From contig MU054212.1 in the NCBI GenBank assembly GCA_013239625.1, positions 8,765,084 through 8,829,083 of the forward strand: a stretch of 64,000 bases of DNA, read 5' to 3'. Below the pieces are notes generated by a model. That model was not told the DNA's origin. It saw only the letters and a program-made list of their open reading frames with translations, and made no database searches. This stretch comes from Lama guanicoe (lineage: Eukaryota). Within the stretch, counting starts at the first letter, position 1, and every line of letters begins with the position of its first letter. A program made the translations under genes and the position numbers. Positions 1 through 12,235 of this stretch are shown one piece after another.

Positions 1-170
1 AGCCAGGGAAGGTGGAGGGAATGGGGGATGTTGGCTAAAAGGCATGGCGTTTCTTTTTGGTTGATGAAAATATTCTAAAATTTACTGTGGTAATGGTTTT
101 ACAACCATATGATATACTAAAAACCAAATGGGTGAATTCTATGGTATGTTTATTATATCTTGATAGAACT
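1..170 (+). mobile_element. L1 3'-end fragment (old L1M-type)
   Basis: Resembles an L1M 3' UTR tail (tttgggttgatgaaaatattctaaaa...gggtgaattctatggtatg); subfamily not determined. Confidence 0.6.
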
Positions 171-784
171 GATGCAAAACAACAAAATGGTCATGTATGT
201 CTTTGTTTACACGCCACTGCATTTACCAGGGAAATTAATTGTTCCTTTGGTCTTCATAAAGGCCATGGCGTATATCCCTCCAAATAGAAATTCTTTTTCT
301 TTAAAGGAGACAAAAATAAGGAAAGTAGAAACAAGAGGGAAAATCTTCATAATTGAATGATTACCATATCTGACATATTTTACCTAGTCATTCTTATATT
401 TTGAGCAGTAATTTTTTCCCTACCAGTATCACATTTTTGTCTTCTTTAAGCACTTCAAGAAACTAAAGAATGCCTAGCTTAATACAAAATGTTCAACTAA
501 TTTTCCACAGTTTATTTCTTGATTTATTTCAAGTCTGATTAGTTCCTTTCAAAAATACTTGTTTTGCAGAGATAACGGGAGGATTCATAGTACAATAAAA
601 TGTCTAAAACAATGCCTAGTGCTCAGTAGATTATTGTTATTATGCTGTAAGGGATGGAGGATCCTAAAGTTGATGAGAAAAACTGCAGAGAAGGGGGAGG
701 ACGTAAAAGCTATGCCCTCCAAAGGCACAGTCATGTGTCATGGAAAGGAAACCCTTGGCAGATAATCCCACTCCTCGCTGAGAA

Positions 785-870
785 GCACAGCAGCAGCAAC
801 AGCACAATCATCACCACCGCTATTACTACCGCTTCTATCATCTCCATCATCACCCAACATTACTCTCCTC
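785..870. repeat. Degenerate CAN trinucleotide low-complexity tract
   Basis: cagcagcaacagcacaatcatcaccaccgctattactacc...; accounts for the S/T/I-rich ORF 654..1001. Confidence 0.6.
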
Positions 871-2839
871 CTAAAGCATCTTTTTACATGCCTTTAATTT
901 TTGTTCTAATTATGAAACGTTTAAACATATGGAAACATCTCCAAAGCCAGTTAATAGGACATCTTATCATTTTCCCCCATTTGTTTCAAAAACTGTTTTA
1001 AATATATGTAATATAAGACAACACAGATTCATTTTCATTTCCTCTCTCCCTTATGGTAGCCACTATCTTTGACTATGGTGTTAATCTTTACTGTGCGTGT
1101 TTTAACTGTAGGTACCTGTAAACAATACAGTGTTGTTTTGCATGTTTTCAAACTTTCACCAAATGACATATTGTTTTCTTAGCTCAACATTTTGCTTCTT
1201 TGTTGTTTTTTTAATTCAGTCATGTCGTTTCCCACAGCTCTAGTTTATTCATGAAAACTGTTGGACAGTATTACATTGTATGAATGTCAAAATATATTTG
1301 TCCACACTCTTAACTAATGAGATGCTTAAACTGTTTATCTGATACGGGTATTGACGCTACAACAAACGTAATTCCTTGAGTTTCCAGGATATAGTCATAG
1401 AAGGAGAACTGCTAGGTCAAAGGATACACCTTCAACTTCATTAGAGGTTGCTAAATTCATCTCCCTTTTCACACTACAACCAGCAGTAAGAGAGTTCCTG
1501 CTTCCCCTCTTCCTCACCAAATCTTAGTATTGTAATACTTTCTAATTTTGCAAACCAAAGGATATAAAGCAGTACTTCATTGATCTATTTTTTCCTGATT
1601 AGTAAGATTAAGTATCATTTACTGGTCTTTCAGGTTTCCTCTTACGTGAAATGCCTTTAACAGTTTTGCCAATTTTCTACTAATTTGTGGTATTTCTTAA
1701 GAACAGTCGTGGGGGGGGGCGCGGAGAATAGTGTAGTAAGAATCCTTACACTCTTTTCAAAAAACAGTATAAACCTGTTGCTGATTTTCATATCTAATAA
1801 AAGGGATTGTCTTTCAATTCCTGCCTTCTCAAAGTTCACGGCTATTTTCCAGACATTCATACCTGTGTTTCTCAAATCTTTTTGGCCACTCACAGGTGGA
1901 TTCCTCCTCGAGAGCCAATACACATATGCTTACATATTAAGTAAAAAACAGGGCTCTAAATCAATTTCTTCTAAGGGATTAACCACAAGCAAATACACAA
2001 GAAAATGAGTTTGTTTCCATTCTATATAGCCAATGCCACATTTTGGCTCATATTAATATATCATATAGCTTTCATTCGGATCAGCACGCAAGCAACTATT
2101 TTGATTAATAACGGTTTGTTAAAACCCTTAATTAGTAAATGACCATCACATCAGATACATCAGGATGTCTGAAACTCTCTTCTGTCTAGCGAGTTAAGAA
2201 TTAAGGTACAAATTCAGGCTAACCAAATGAAATGTTTTAATTTTCAGTCGCACTATCATACAATCAGTTCTTATGGATAAATTTGCTCTGCAGTAGTAAT
2301 ATGATTTTTCTAGATATTTTAGTGACAGGAGACTATTGCTCAGAAAAGTTAACTTCATTTACACGAGCACTGTCAAATGCCTTGCAAAATAAAGACGCTG
2401 CCCTAGAAGCATATAATTATACACAAGAAAGGGCCTTCGATCACTTAATTTAACTCCCACATTTTCAGGTGAGGCACTTGCAATCCAGAAATAAGACATT
2501 TCCCTAATCTAGGTCCTCTAAAATCTACAAATCCAGGGTTCTTTCCATTGCATCACGCATCTTCTTATTTTAGACTCCCTAGCTTTAAAACTCTTGATTC
2601 CTCCACTAATTTTACAAGATTGAGTTGATGCGATATAGAAATAATGGAAGTACTCCCCAACCCCACACCAATTCTTTCCCCTCCCCATCCTCCATTATAA
2701 TATACACAATGAAGAAAATACCTGCCTGCCTGAATTTCTGACAGTAATTAGGTGCGGAGTACTGAGCCCCTGCCTACTGTTTCCGCGTTAAACCAATAGA
2801 AGTTTCAATCCTTTATACCCTATTCAACAACACAGACTA

Positions 2840-3500
2840 AGCGTCGACTTTGCAGGAAGCGCAGTGCACGGCGCTCCTCCTTGCCCGCAGACCACCGACG
2901 CCAGGAAGCCCGCGGCGCTGGGTAAGGGGGGTGCGGGGCAGACGGGAGTTGAGGTCGCTGGGGGAGAGCGGGGCAGGGGTCCCGGGCGCGCCAGGGAACA
3001 GGCCGAGAGGCACGGGAGACTCACCTTTCCGCAGCTCCCGCTCCCACACGGTGACGATGGGCCGCGAGTGCTTGCGGTGGTGGATGAGCCACAGGGACAG
3101 GGTCTGCACGCTCTGCTGCGAGTTGCTCAACTCCGACAGCTTCTTCTCCAGCGCCGCCTCTGAGAAGGCGGACATCCCTCCGACACCGCGTTCACGCCGT
3201 CCCACGCGGTGGGGCTGAGGGGAGGAGAGTTTCGCCGCCCCCGCTGCGGCCTCGCCCCCTCACCCCACCCTTCCCCACGCCCTCACCACTGCTGCCGCCA
3301 CATCCGAGACCGGCCGCAACCCAGCAAGATGGCGTCCAGCCGGCAGTGACGTCACGGTCGGCCCGCGCCCCGCCTCCCGTGAAAAGGGGAGGCCGAGAGG
3401 CGGGACCTCTGAGCGGAAGGGGCGGGGCCAAGGCTGGCGCAGGAGAAGCGGTGGGGGGCGTGCCCACTGGCTCATCGCTTAGGCGGGATGGTGTTTGCGA
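2840..3500. promoter_or_regulatory. CpG island / RPRD1A promoter
   Basis: GC- and CpG-rich; YY1-like CAAGATGGCG 3325-3334, palindromic CRE GTGACGTCAC 3346-3355, ETS-like GCGGAAG near 3413, GC box GGGGCGGGGC 3419-3428. Confidence 0.9.
3025..3175 (-). CDS. RPRD1A: RPRD1A coding exon 1 (start of CID domain); gene continues beyond the window's left edge
   Basis: MSAFSEAALEKKLSELSNSQQSVQTLSLWLIHHRKHSRPIVTVWERELRK; 151 nt followed by donor GTGAGT; adjacent to SLC39A6/ELP2. Confidence 0.96.
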
Positions 3501-4785
3501 GGCCTAGACCCCTGCTGCTGGGAGAAACTGTGCAAAGGTTAATTATTAATCTATATATGTGCGTGTAAATTTGGTACAGGCACTTTAGAAGACTGGTGTA
3601 ATATATTTTAAAATACACCTTTCTTGTGACCCTGCGATTCCACTAATTCTCGTCAATGCTAGGGAAACACCAGCATGTTTGCCATGGAGCTGTATGGTAG
3701 TTGTATGGCCCAGCTCAGTAACAGTGAAGAGTTGGTACATTCACAGCATGGAAGTTTCTAAATTAAGTGTGATACAACGTATTACAGAATACATACAGCA
3801 GTTCAAAAGATTGATAAAGCCAGTGGTGGACTGAGTTTTTTTAAGTTGCAAAAGGAAAAGCACAGCACATTTGTTTTACAAAAGTGTGTATTTTATATGA
3901 ATTCGTAAGTATGTAAATGCATGGTAAAAGGTGGAGGAATACATACTACATGAATAGTGGCATCAGAGAGAGGGTCAGGGTTGGAGCCCTTAAGCTGTGT
4001 CTATCTTGCTTTTTTTTAATTTATGTGTTATTTATATAATAAAAAATTAATCTTAGAAATCTCATAATTAATCCAACATTTTGACATACTACTTAACTCT
4101 GATAATTCACAAAGGGAACAGAAAGAGGGATACTGTCATATTCTAAATATTAATGTAAGAAACTTCAAGAAAGTTACATAAGAAAGCACAGAAATTCCTA
4201 AACCATCTTTTGAGAAGCACTGTTCTAGAACTTTGCCCAAATAGGCATCAAATATGCCTATTTATGTGTTTGGTTGATTATAAGTGTAGCTTCTTTTTCC
4301 CATTTCTAATGTCTCTACAGCTTCAGATTCAGAGATACCTCAGGAGGTAAGGTTAACTCTCCTTCCCCTCACTCCAGTATCAATTCTTTCCCTATATTCT
4401 TCTTTCTCTCCTTTTATATCCTTTTTTTTTTTAAAAAAAGATCCAATCTACTTAGTATAGTTTTAAGCCTTAAGTTAGTTCAACTTTAACCTGTTTCCCA
4501 AGACCTAAAAGTATTTTCAACACTATTCCTTTTCATGAGCCCTGAGGCCACCAAAATTGCTACACATCCTCTCCCAGATTATGTCTTCACCTGAGACTCC
4601 AGCTCTTCCCACTGCCCCTCTTCTCTATCTCAATTCTGCCTGAACTTTAACGCCCACCTTAAATCCTACCTCCTTTCCTTTCCTTATCAGTCCAGTGCAT
4701 GCAAGTTCTTTCCTGAGTCATTAACTGACTTGAATGTCTTATTTAGTGCTTACACTACTAGTCTGTTATTTGTAATTATACTTAC

Positions 4786-4911
4786 ATGTCACTGAGAGCA
4801 AAATCTGTCTGAGGAGAGAATATGTAATACATATATGAATATATATAACTCATATATGAGCATATGAATGTATCTTTTCTCTCCTCAGCTAGGCTTTGCT
4901 CTCAGTGACAT
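4786..4911. repeat. Imperfect inverted repeat with 35-bp arms
   Basis: Arms 4786-4820 and 4877-4911 match at 31/35 positions around a 56-nt AT-rich spacer. Confidence 0.9.
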
Positions 4912-5499
4912 AGCCAAAGCACCAGTTCTTCTGTCTTCCCTGGTCTTCAGTCTGATTTGGCTGCTTCTGCTCTGGGCTCCCACAGTACTCTGTGCATGAG
5001 TGTACCATGGCTTTCCACACCAAGCAGTAGGATCTATATTTATTAATATTGTTAATTATTGCTGTGTTTTCAAAATACTGTTTATGCCTTTAGGTAATTA
5101 TGATTAATTTTCATATCTTGTGTCCTCTGACTATACTTCTCAATTTTAAATATAGGCCTCAAATTAAGAGCAATGCATATTTGCATACCTAGTGTGATTT
5201 CTTGTATGTGTGACTTAGTTAAAACATATAATAAAACTAAGTTTGGGGTTTGTATCCACTTTCCTTTGAGTGCCACCCAGTTACCTCTAGTATCTTTTCT
5301 CTTGTAAAAAATCAGTTGATTTCCTGGTTAATTAGATTCAGTTACTAACACCTTTTTTTTTATGGCTTACACCACAACAGGCAAGACATTCATTCGAAAG
5401 TCTAAAATCCCTATTGTGTCACACCTAGGAAGGTATGTTTCTGTCTCCACCAAAAAGGAGGAGGGGGGATGCTACATGTTAGGGTAAGGAAGTAATAGC

Positions 5500-5712
5500 A
5501 AAGGGAAATGAATGCCACCAAAGTCTTGGAAGCTCTCTTTCCAAATTTCATAAACTCAGAAAGACAGTGATCAAAATAGAGTTGCTCTCGATATAATATT
5601 GGCTGCTCAAGGTGGAATACACATTATCTTAAAAGAAAAATGTACTTACATTCCTACAGACTTCTCTGGAATCTTTAATAGTACTAAATGTTTCAGGAAA
5701 CAAAGAAATTAG
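5500..5712 (+). mobile_element. Degenerate ERV env (TM subunit) fragment
   Basis: From 5572 reads QNRVALDIILAAQGGIHIILKEKCTYIP, matching the retroviral immunosuppressive domain pattern; frameshift just upstream and a stop soon after. Confidence 0.8.
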
Positions 5713-5976
5713 GAGACCAGGTACTTTGGCTGATTATCCTTTACATGTAAATACTTCCCAACAGCCATTGTCACATCAGATTCAACAGTTCATCTTCTAA
5801 CAAAAGGAATATGAAGTAACTGACTTTAGTTCAACAATAATGTTCTCTAAACAACCTTTGATGACAGTGGATCTGAATTTCACAGACTAACATATCTTGC
5901 AGGCTGACTTCATCTGCCCATGGTTAAAATTGGAAACTGAGAAAGTAAAAAGATAATCTTGGAAGCTGACAGCTAG

Positions 5977-6401
5977 TGTTAACCTAAAACAATGTCAGTT
6001 ATTTTTTACCAGCAAAATGAGTTTATTTGGGAACAGAAGAGAACTGCAATTCAGGTCACACAACTATGGGTAAACCACAGACAAGCCCAGTAAAAGGAAA
6101 GAGAGAAAACTCTTTTATAGAGGAGAAGAGGAAGTTGAGAGGGGCTGTTATAAACTAAAAGTCCATTGGAGGAAACTGGGAGTTTGAAGTATAGTGATTT
6201 TTCATTGGCTGAGCTGTTGCCAAGCAGGGAGAAATTTTTTTCTGCTCCCAGTTGGTAGTAGTAGCTTCACTTCCTGCTGGAAAGACAAGGTTTCTCTTCC
6301 TGTTGGGATCTGTTTTGAGGTTGAGTGGTAAGTGAGAGAGAGCTCCCCATTCTGGTCTCCCAACTCCATTTTAGTGAGGTTTCCCTTTATTAATTTTCAT
6401 A
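5977..6401 (-). mobile_element. ERV solo LTR
   Basis: On the minus strand: TG...CA ends, CCAAT at 6204-6208 and 6165-6169, TATAAAA 6113-6119, AATAAA 6022-6027, in U3-R-U5 order. Confidence 0.75.
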
Positions 6402-6407
6402 CCATGC

Positions 6408-6769
6408 TGTAATGTTCCTACAGAAACCTTCAACTAGGCCTCACCAGATAGGAACAATAATCCGACAAGGCCATTCTGAGACTGTAGTGGAACAAGACAG
6501 AGTCAAGGCCACTCTGAAACCATGAAAATTGCTAATGTCTTCCTCTTATAACTAAATGATTACAGTTCCTTTAGCAATGTTATCTCTAGCCCAATCTTAA
6601 TCCTTTGGCATTCCAGATAAAAACTGCCAAACATCTATCCAATCACCAAAATGCCCCCACTTCCTGACAGCACCCAATCCAGAACGGGCTCCTGCTTTCC
6701 CTAAAACATCCTTAGAATCACCCAGCACAGTCTCAAATCTTACAATAAAGCCTTCCAATCCCTTCTTAG
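6408..6769 (+). mobile_element. Older ERV LTR-like fragment
   Basis: Starts TGTAA; several CCAAT boxes and an AATAAA near 6744; lies downstream of the env fragment on the same strand. Confidence 0.55.
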
Positions 6770-7050
6770 TGTTAACAAACTCGGGTCCAAAAATCAATAC
6801 TTGAGAGAGACAAATGTTGCTTTTCATCAGAATGCTGGCCGTCTGGGGAGACGGTGGACTCAGTGTTCCTCCAAAGCCACCTCTGAAGAGTCGGTTCAAC
6901 CATGGAAGTTTTAAAGGGAAAGCTTGAGCTTGGGGAATCCATCTCTTTTCTACAAGGCCTGCTCTTTGTCTCAAACCTCATCTTTCAAGGTTTTTCACTG
7001 ATAATCAGCCCAGGCAAAGCGTGGTCAGGGTCTTATGTTCTTGATATGGC
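6770..7050 (-). mobile_element. Third LTR-like fragment
   Basis: Abrupt change at tgttaacaaactcgggtcc...; resembles the reverse-complemented 3' end of artiodactyl ERV LTRs (from memory); right boundary approximate. Confidence 0.45.
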
Positions 7051-7374
7051 TGACAAGAATGTGTAGGGAGTCTGAGGGTATAAGGTAGATTGCCTTTCCC
7101 AGCATGGTTTTGTGTCAGGGTTACACTAACCTCAATTAACATGATGAATGTTCTTTCCTTCCTAATCCCAGAATCTACTCAGATAAACTAAGGGATTTAT
7201 GTGTTGCTTTTTTTTTTTTAAAGCTAGGGACAGCTTGGAACAAGCTGAGAACCCATATTTTCTGAAGTCCACTTTGTGATAAATAATTAAAAAACCGAAT
7301 AAGGGCACCCAATACAATAATATAAATGAACTGATAAGTACATATAATCTGGAGTATACTTAAGAAAAGCAGAC

Positions 7375-7555
7375 ATCTCAAATTCATAGAAACAGAAAGT
7401 AGAATGGTGGTTACCAGAGGCTGTAGGAAAGAGGAAATGAAGAGTTGTTTAATGGGTATAATTTCAGTTTTTCGAGGTGAAAAAGTTCCAGAGATCAACT
7501 GCACAATACTTAAAATTACTGAACTGTACACTTAAAAATGGCCAAGGCGATTAAA
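7375..7555 (+). mobile_element. L1 3'-end fragment
   Basis: aaattcatagaaacagaaagtagaatggtggttaccagagg...actgaactgtacacttaaaaatgg. Confidence 0.75.
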
Positions 7556-7593
7556 AAAAAAGAAAATCAGATATATCAAGCTGACATGGGGAA

Positions 7594-7599
7594 TTTATT
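7594..7599 (-). terminator. SLC39A6: Probable SLC39A6 poly(A) signal (3' UTR about 1.1 kb)
   Basis: AATAAA on the minus strand followed by a U-rich tract; unique UTR-like sequence gives way to repeats here. A second AATAAA lies at 8154-8159. Confidence 0.7.
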
Positions 7600-8675
7600 T
7601 CGTAGAAAAGCAACATCAAGAGAATGTCACACAACCCTAGTATGTCTAAAGTACTATATATAAAAATGACAGTTTGCTTATAACGACAACACTGAAGCAC
7701 TGAAAGATACCAAAGTACTTTCTGAATCCAAGAAGTCAATTTATACCCAGTATGGTTTTCATGTCCTTATATATCTTGAAATTCTAATACACTGACTGAG
7801 GTAAACCAGATAACCAGAACATCCAATAATATAACTTTGGGTGATACACAGCTTGGTGATATCCAAGTCTTGGCAATACAAAAACTTACTCAAACTAACC
7901 TGGTATATCTCCACATAAATATTTTAAAATTCCAAATTCTTGGTCAAGTGATATATTTTGCTTGAATTCATTAAATATATTTAGATGTCTCTATTATATG
8001 AAGTTAAATGTAAAACTAAATTAGTAAAAAGTGCTGTGGTTTTATGGGAACAGTAATATGCTAACAAAAATGATTATGAATGTACTCTGTATTAGTACTG
8101 CCTTTTTTTCATTTAAATTTAAATTTTCTCCTATTTTATAACCAGTTTTGGGATTTATTTTTATAAGAAATCTATGTCTTCTCAATTCACACAGATTCTG
8201 CTCTCTTTCTCCTTATTTCTAAGCTGAAGTTCAGTTTAAGCTTTATCAGTATCTTAGGCTTCATGCGTATTCTTAATCCTAAATACCAGCAGTTCTTCAG
8301 AGGCCTAAAATCCAGCATGTGAATTATTGTATTAAATTAGTTCTAGAAAAAACATTAAAGACATCTTTCCCTGAAATATACAGAACATGTCATGCCAAAT
8401 CTCTTGTTTATACAATAAACTGGTAATATTGGTAAATTGCACATACAGCTTATATTCCCAAAATAGAATAACTTAAATATTTAACGTACCTTTATGTTAC
8501 CACCATAACTGACCTTATAGGCATAACAAACGGCAATATTCAATACAAAAATCACAAAATTCACAAACCTTAAATGCTACGTATCACAGCATACAAGCTC
8601 ATCTCCCTATGACCTATTCAAACTATGGACAGCAAACTACAGCTTTCTTAAGCTACTCTAGCATTAATACCCTAA

Positions 8676-8828
8676 TTAGAAATTTATACGAAACACAATT
8701 TTATGTTCGAATATGGAAATAAGCAACATAATTCCAAAACCCAAAAGTATTCCAGCATTCTGTAAAAAGAAATATCCCCAGCGGCTACATCCATGGTCAC
8801 TAGCATCATTGTGCAGCATCTCAGGTAC
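8676..8828 (-). CDS. SLC39A6: SLC39A6 exon 10 (last coding exon)
   Basis: AG|VPEMLHNDASDHGCSRWGYFFLQNAGILLGFGIMLLISIFEHKIVFRINF*; 153 nt. Confidence 0.96.
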   Translation of the reverse strand, partial: VPEMLHNDASDHGCSRWGYFFLQNAGILLGFGIMLLISIFEHKIVFRINF

Positions 8829-9632
8829 CTTAAAGAAAAAAAAAGAAGAGCAACATTTAAGTTTTTAGAACCATAGATCAGTTTTTAGAAGAATTTGCAG
8901 GACAGCATACCAGCTTTACAAGTAGCTGGATATACTATGGGTCAATCCCCTAAAACATGACCACAAACATACTGACTCTGGCTAATAATGTCACACCGTA
9001 TTTCCTAGCAGTTTAATTAACAATGATTATTCATGCTCTGCTCAGCAAGTCAAAATTTATATTGGTCCAAGTTTGCTCCACTGTAAAACAGAGAGCTATA
9101 CCAGTTCCTCTGCTTATTGCCCACATCTGGATATAACACAGGGCTCACTTTGAAGTTCAGAGATACAGAAACCTTATACCATATGAAATATAATTTTAGC
9201 AGTTAAGATTCGCTGAGATTGTTATGTGGACTTTGGTAACAAAAAGATATGACTCCTTTGTCCATTAATAAGGACACTTTAAGCATTCTGAAGTACACAC
9301 AGTATGCGAACAGCATGTAGCTTGTACCAGGTTTCCTAAAAGTCTACAGATAATTCAATGCTTGATTACTAAAGCTCTACTCTTAAAAATAGACACATCA
9401 AAAGGGATAAATATTTTTGTGTATCCTAATACACATTAGGATGGACAAAAATGTGCTTGTGAGCAACAATCCAAAAAGATAAACTATAAAGGATCTGTAT
9501 TTTGTGTGCTACCTACAGAAACACTTCTCACTGCTATATTTAATCTACAGCTTTTTAAAAATGAGATTACATTCAACATTTTCTCTGTATCACTGTTAGC
9601 CAATTCTGTAATCTGACTTATTAAAAACTTAC

Positions 9633-9823
9633 CATATCAACTAGAGCAACATACATGAATAAGCCAGCAGTAAGTGCAAATATCCACATAGAAACATTTT
9701 CAGCATAATGACCAATGAAAATTCCCGTTGCCATTCCAAGATACGCCAGCATGGCTGACAAAGCATTATAGAGAACAGCCTGCTTAACAGTCATGCCAGC
9801 CTTGAGTAAAACCGCAAAGTCAC
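9633..9823 (-). CDS. SLC39A6: SLC39A6 exon 9
   Basis: GDFAVLLKAGMTVKQAVLYNALSA...ALVDM|GTAAGT; 191 nt. Confidence 0.96.
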
Positions 9824-10943
9824 CTTTAACAGAAAAAAAAAAGGGGAGGGGAGGAAGTAGTTGAAAAATCATTTTTAAGGTACGTACTCAAAAGACTTCC
9901 CAGATTTAAGAAATTCTCCAAATTTTTTTGAGGGAAAAATATATAAAGCAAAATAAAGAATTACCCAGTTCTAACAGTATTAATCAGTGTAAATCATCCT
10001 AACGGCTTTATAAATTATCTTTTATCCGAAGTTTTTCTTAAGGCTCCCACTTTGTCAATGAATGTCAGTAAACACCACGAATCTACTGTTGTGTTCCTGC
10101 GTGGTCTTCGAGGAGCTTTGAATTGGCCACAAAGAAGGAAGAGGCGAGCAGAGAACACATATGAAAAGATCAGCACATGATAAAGGTAATATGTAATTAA
10201 GAGCTGAAGAGTCTAATGTTCTGGTTATAAAAGGAGAAAAAAAGAAATTAAGACAAGAATAGTTAAGAGGGGCTTCATGGAGCATGAAGGATCTAGAATG
10301 TGGAACACAGACCAGACATTGAGGATTGTAAACACTAAGCAGGAAGGTGGGAGGCCTTCTAAATGGCAGAACACATGTCAAAGAACAGAAGTGAAAATGG
10401 CATTATAGGTGTAATAAGGTGAACAAGAAAAACAAGGACATGATCTGGGAACCAGAACAATTCTGGGAAAGTTTTAAGTTCCGGTGACAGAGAAAAAGAA
10501 TATTCAAAACGCAATGCATCGGCTTCTCTTTTCTTTAGCGCCAATGAAATTCTCTTTGTCAATTTCTGTCAGTGGAATATGGTTTTTTTAGATTCCTGTG
10601 GTCCTATTCATATTGTGTGTATGAAGAAAACGATCACTGATGTCACCAGTACAGGAAGATATGCTGGTACAGGAAGGTATCTGGTAGGGAAGGAGACAAG
10701 AAAAGGGACCCAGGCATCTCTTTGGCGACCCCACGTAGGCAACTGTGTAATCGTAATCATAGGGTTAGAATTATGGCTGGAAACAAACTTGTCCTCAGTA
10801 AGAGAAGAAAGCTAGCTAGGTTAGTAAACCTATGAAAAGGCATAAAAGTTATGAGGAAGCTCGCTGGAGCTATCATTAGCAAAAGCCGGTGACACTGAGA
10901 CACTTTACCCGCCTGGAAAATACCATTTGTAGGGTTTGCTTAC

Positions 10944-11024
10944 CTAATTCATGAGGCAACTCATGACAAAACACAGCAACAGAGGTACTCAAACCACTTG
11001 ATAAACCTTCAGTGAAAGCAGCAC
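10944..11024 (-). CDS. SLC39A6: SLC39A6 exon 8 (HEXPHEXGD motif)
   Basis: GAAFTEGLSSGLSTSVAVFCHELPHEL; 81 nt; LIV-1 subfamily signature. Confidence 0.97.
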
Positions 11025-12235
11025 CTGTGTAAGAATCACTAATTATTCTGTGGGTATTTTTTAATCTTATCAGCATACAAAATTAGGTAAAAGAATCAAC
11101 TATATTCTGGTTGTGAGTAAACAGAACTTTCTCAACTGCTCTCGATCTTTTTCTTTAGTAATCTTAGATTACATTGCAACTAGGTTTAAAATTTCCCAAA
11201 GGAGCACAAGCAGGTATGACTGAGAAGGGAAGGTTCCCCTATGCTTTAAAGTGATTAAATGATCTCATACAAACCTTAGAAGTAACTGGTACACTTAAAA
11301 CACTTATTTAAAAATATAAAATAAACTGATTTTTTTAAGGAAAAAAAAACAAACCTCAGCAGTCAAGGGTACAAATATGTTCCCTGGCCTCAGAGGAATT
11401 TACTATGTAATTAGACTTTTTTACATTCATTCTTTCACTGTCTCATAAGGAAGGTCTAAGACAAATAGTTCCCTGCTTTTAAAACGTAACACATTATACA
11501 ACTGACTGCTTACAAACCGTGACTGAGCACTTGCACATCCTCCCTTGTCACTTACGCCGCACACAGTACAGAGGAGGAAGAGCACCAGGCTCCCAGGGAG
11601 CCAAGGCCCAGGCTCATCTCAGCTGGGCTACAGCACTGCCCTCTCCCGCAAGCAGTTCACCTTGCCGGGGTTCGGCTGCCTAACCTGTAATTACTTCCAT
11701 GGTTCCTCCTAGCCCTAAGTTAGTATAATTTGTAAACATTCTATTATCTCCCAGTTGTAGCATAACAATTTAATAGCAAAAATTCTGTAATTCTTCTTTG
11801 GGTAGAGATTAGTAATTAAATTTGTCAGATAGATGAAGATTCTTTTAGTATAATAGAAAAGATTATGGAAAAGATTCTTTTACTTTAATAAATACTGTTT
11901 ATATTGCAGATAAGAGAACTTAAACATATTTGGGGGAAAAAAAACTCACATGTGCTTCAAACAGCTTAGAGTCTCATCTTTAAGATCTTGAAAATTAAAA
12001 CAACTTTTGGTAGCTACAGTTTAGTAATGGGCCAAGCACATTTTTTAGCATTTTATCTGACCTGACATTTATCAAGTACTTTGTTGTCAAAGCAGCCAAA
12101 GAAGAAATAACATTTTGATACTCTTAGAAGTTAATAGCCTTATCAAACCAACCTACTTTCTGTTAAAATAAGACTGGTAGTCTAATGTGACATTTTCAAA
12201 GTCAACCAACAAGGGACAAATATGTAGACATATAC

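Noticed and set aside
3176..3205. N-terminal extension of RPRD1A from an in-frame GTG
   Set aside because: Non-AUG start with C at -3; the downstream ATG matches the known N-terminus MSAFSEAAL
2850..3475. Overlapping Arg/Gly/Pro-rich ORFs around RPRD1A exon 1
   Set aside because: Antisense or shadow frames in a CpG island
5500..5712. Domesticated syncytin-like env gene
   Set aside because: Frameshifted, very short, CX6CC motif broken, no signal peptide or SU region visible
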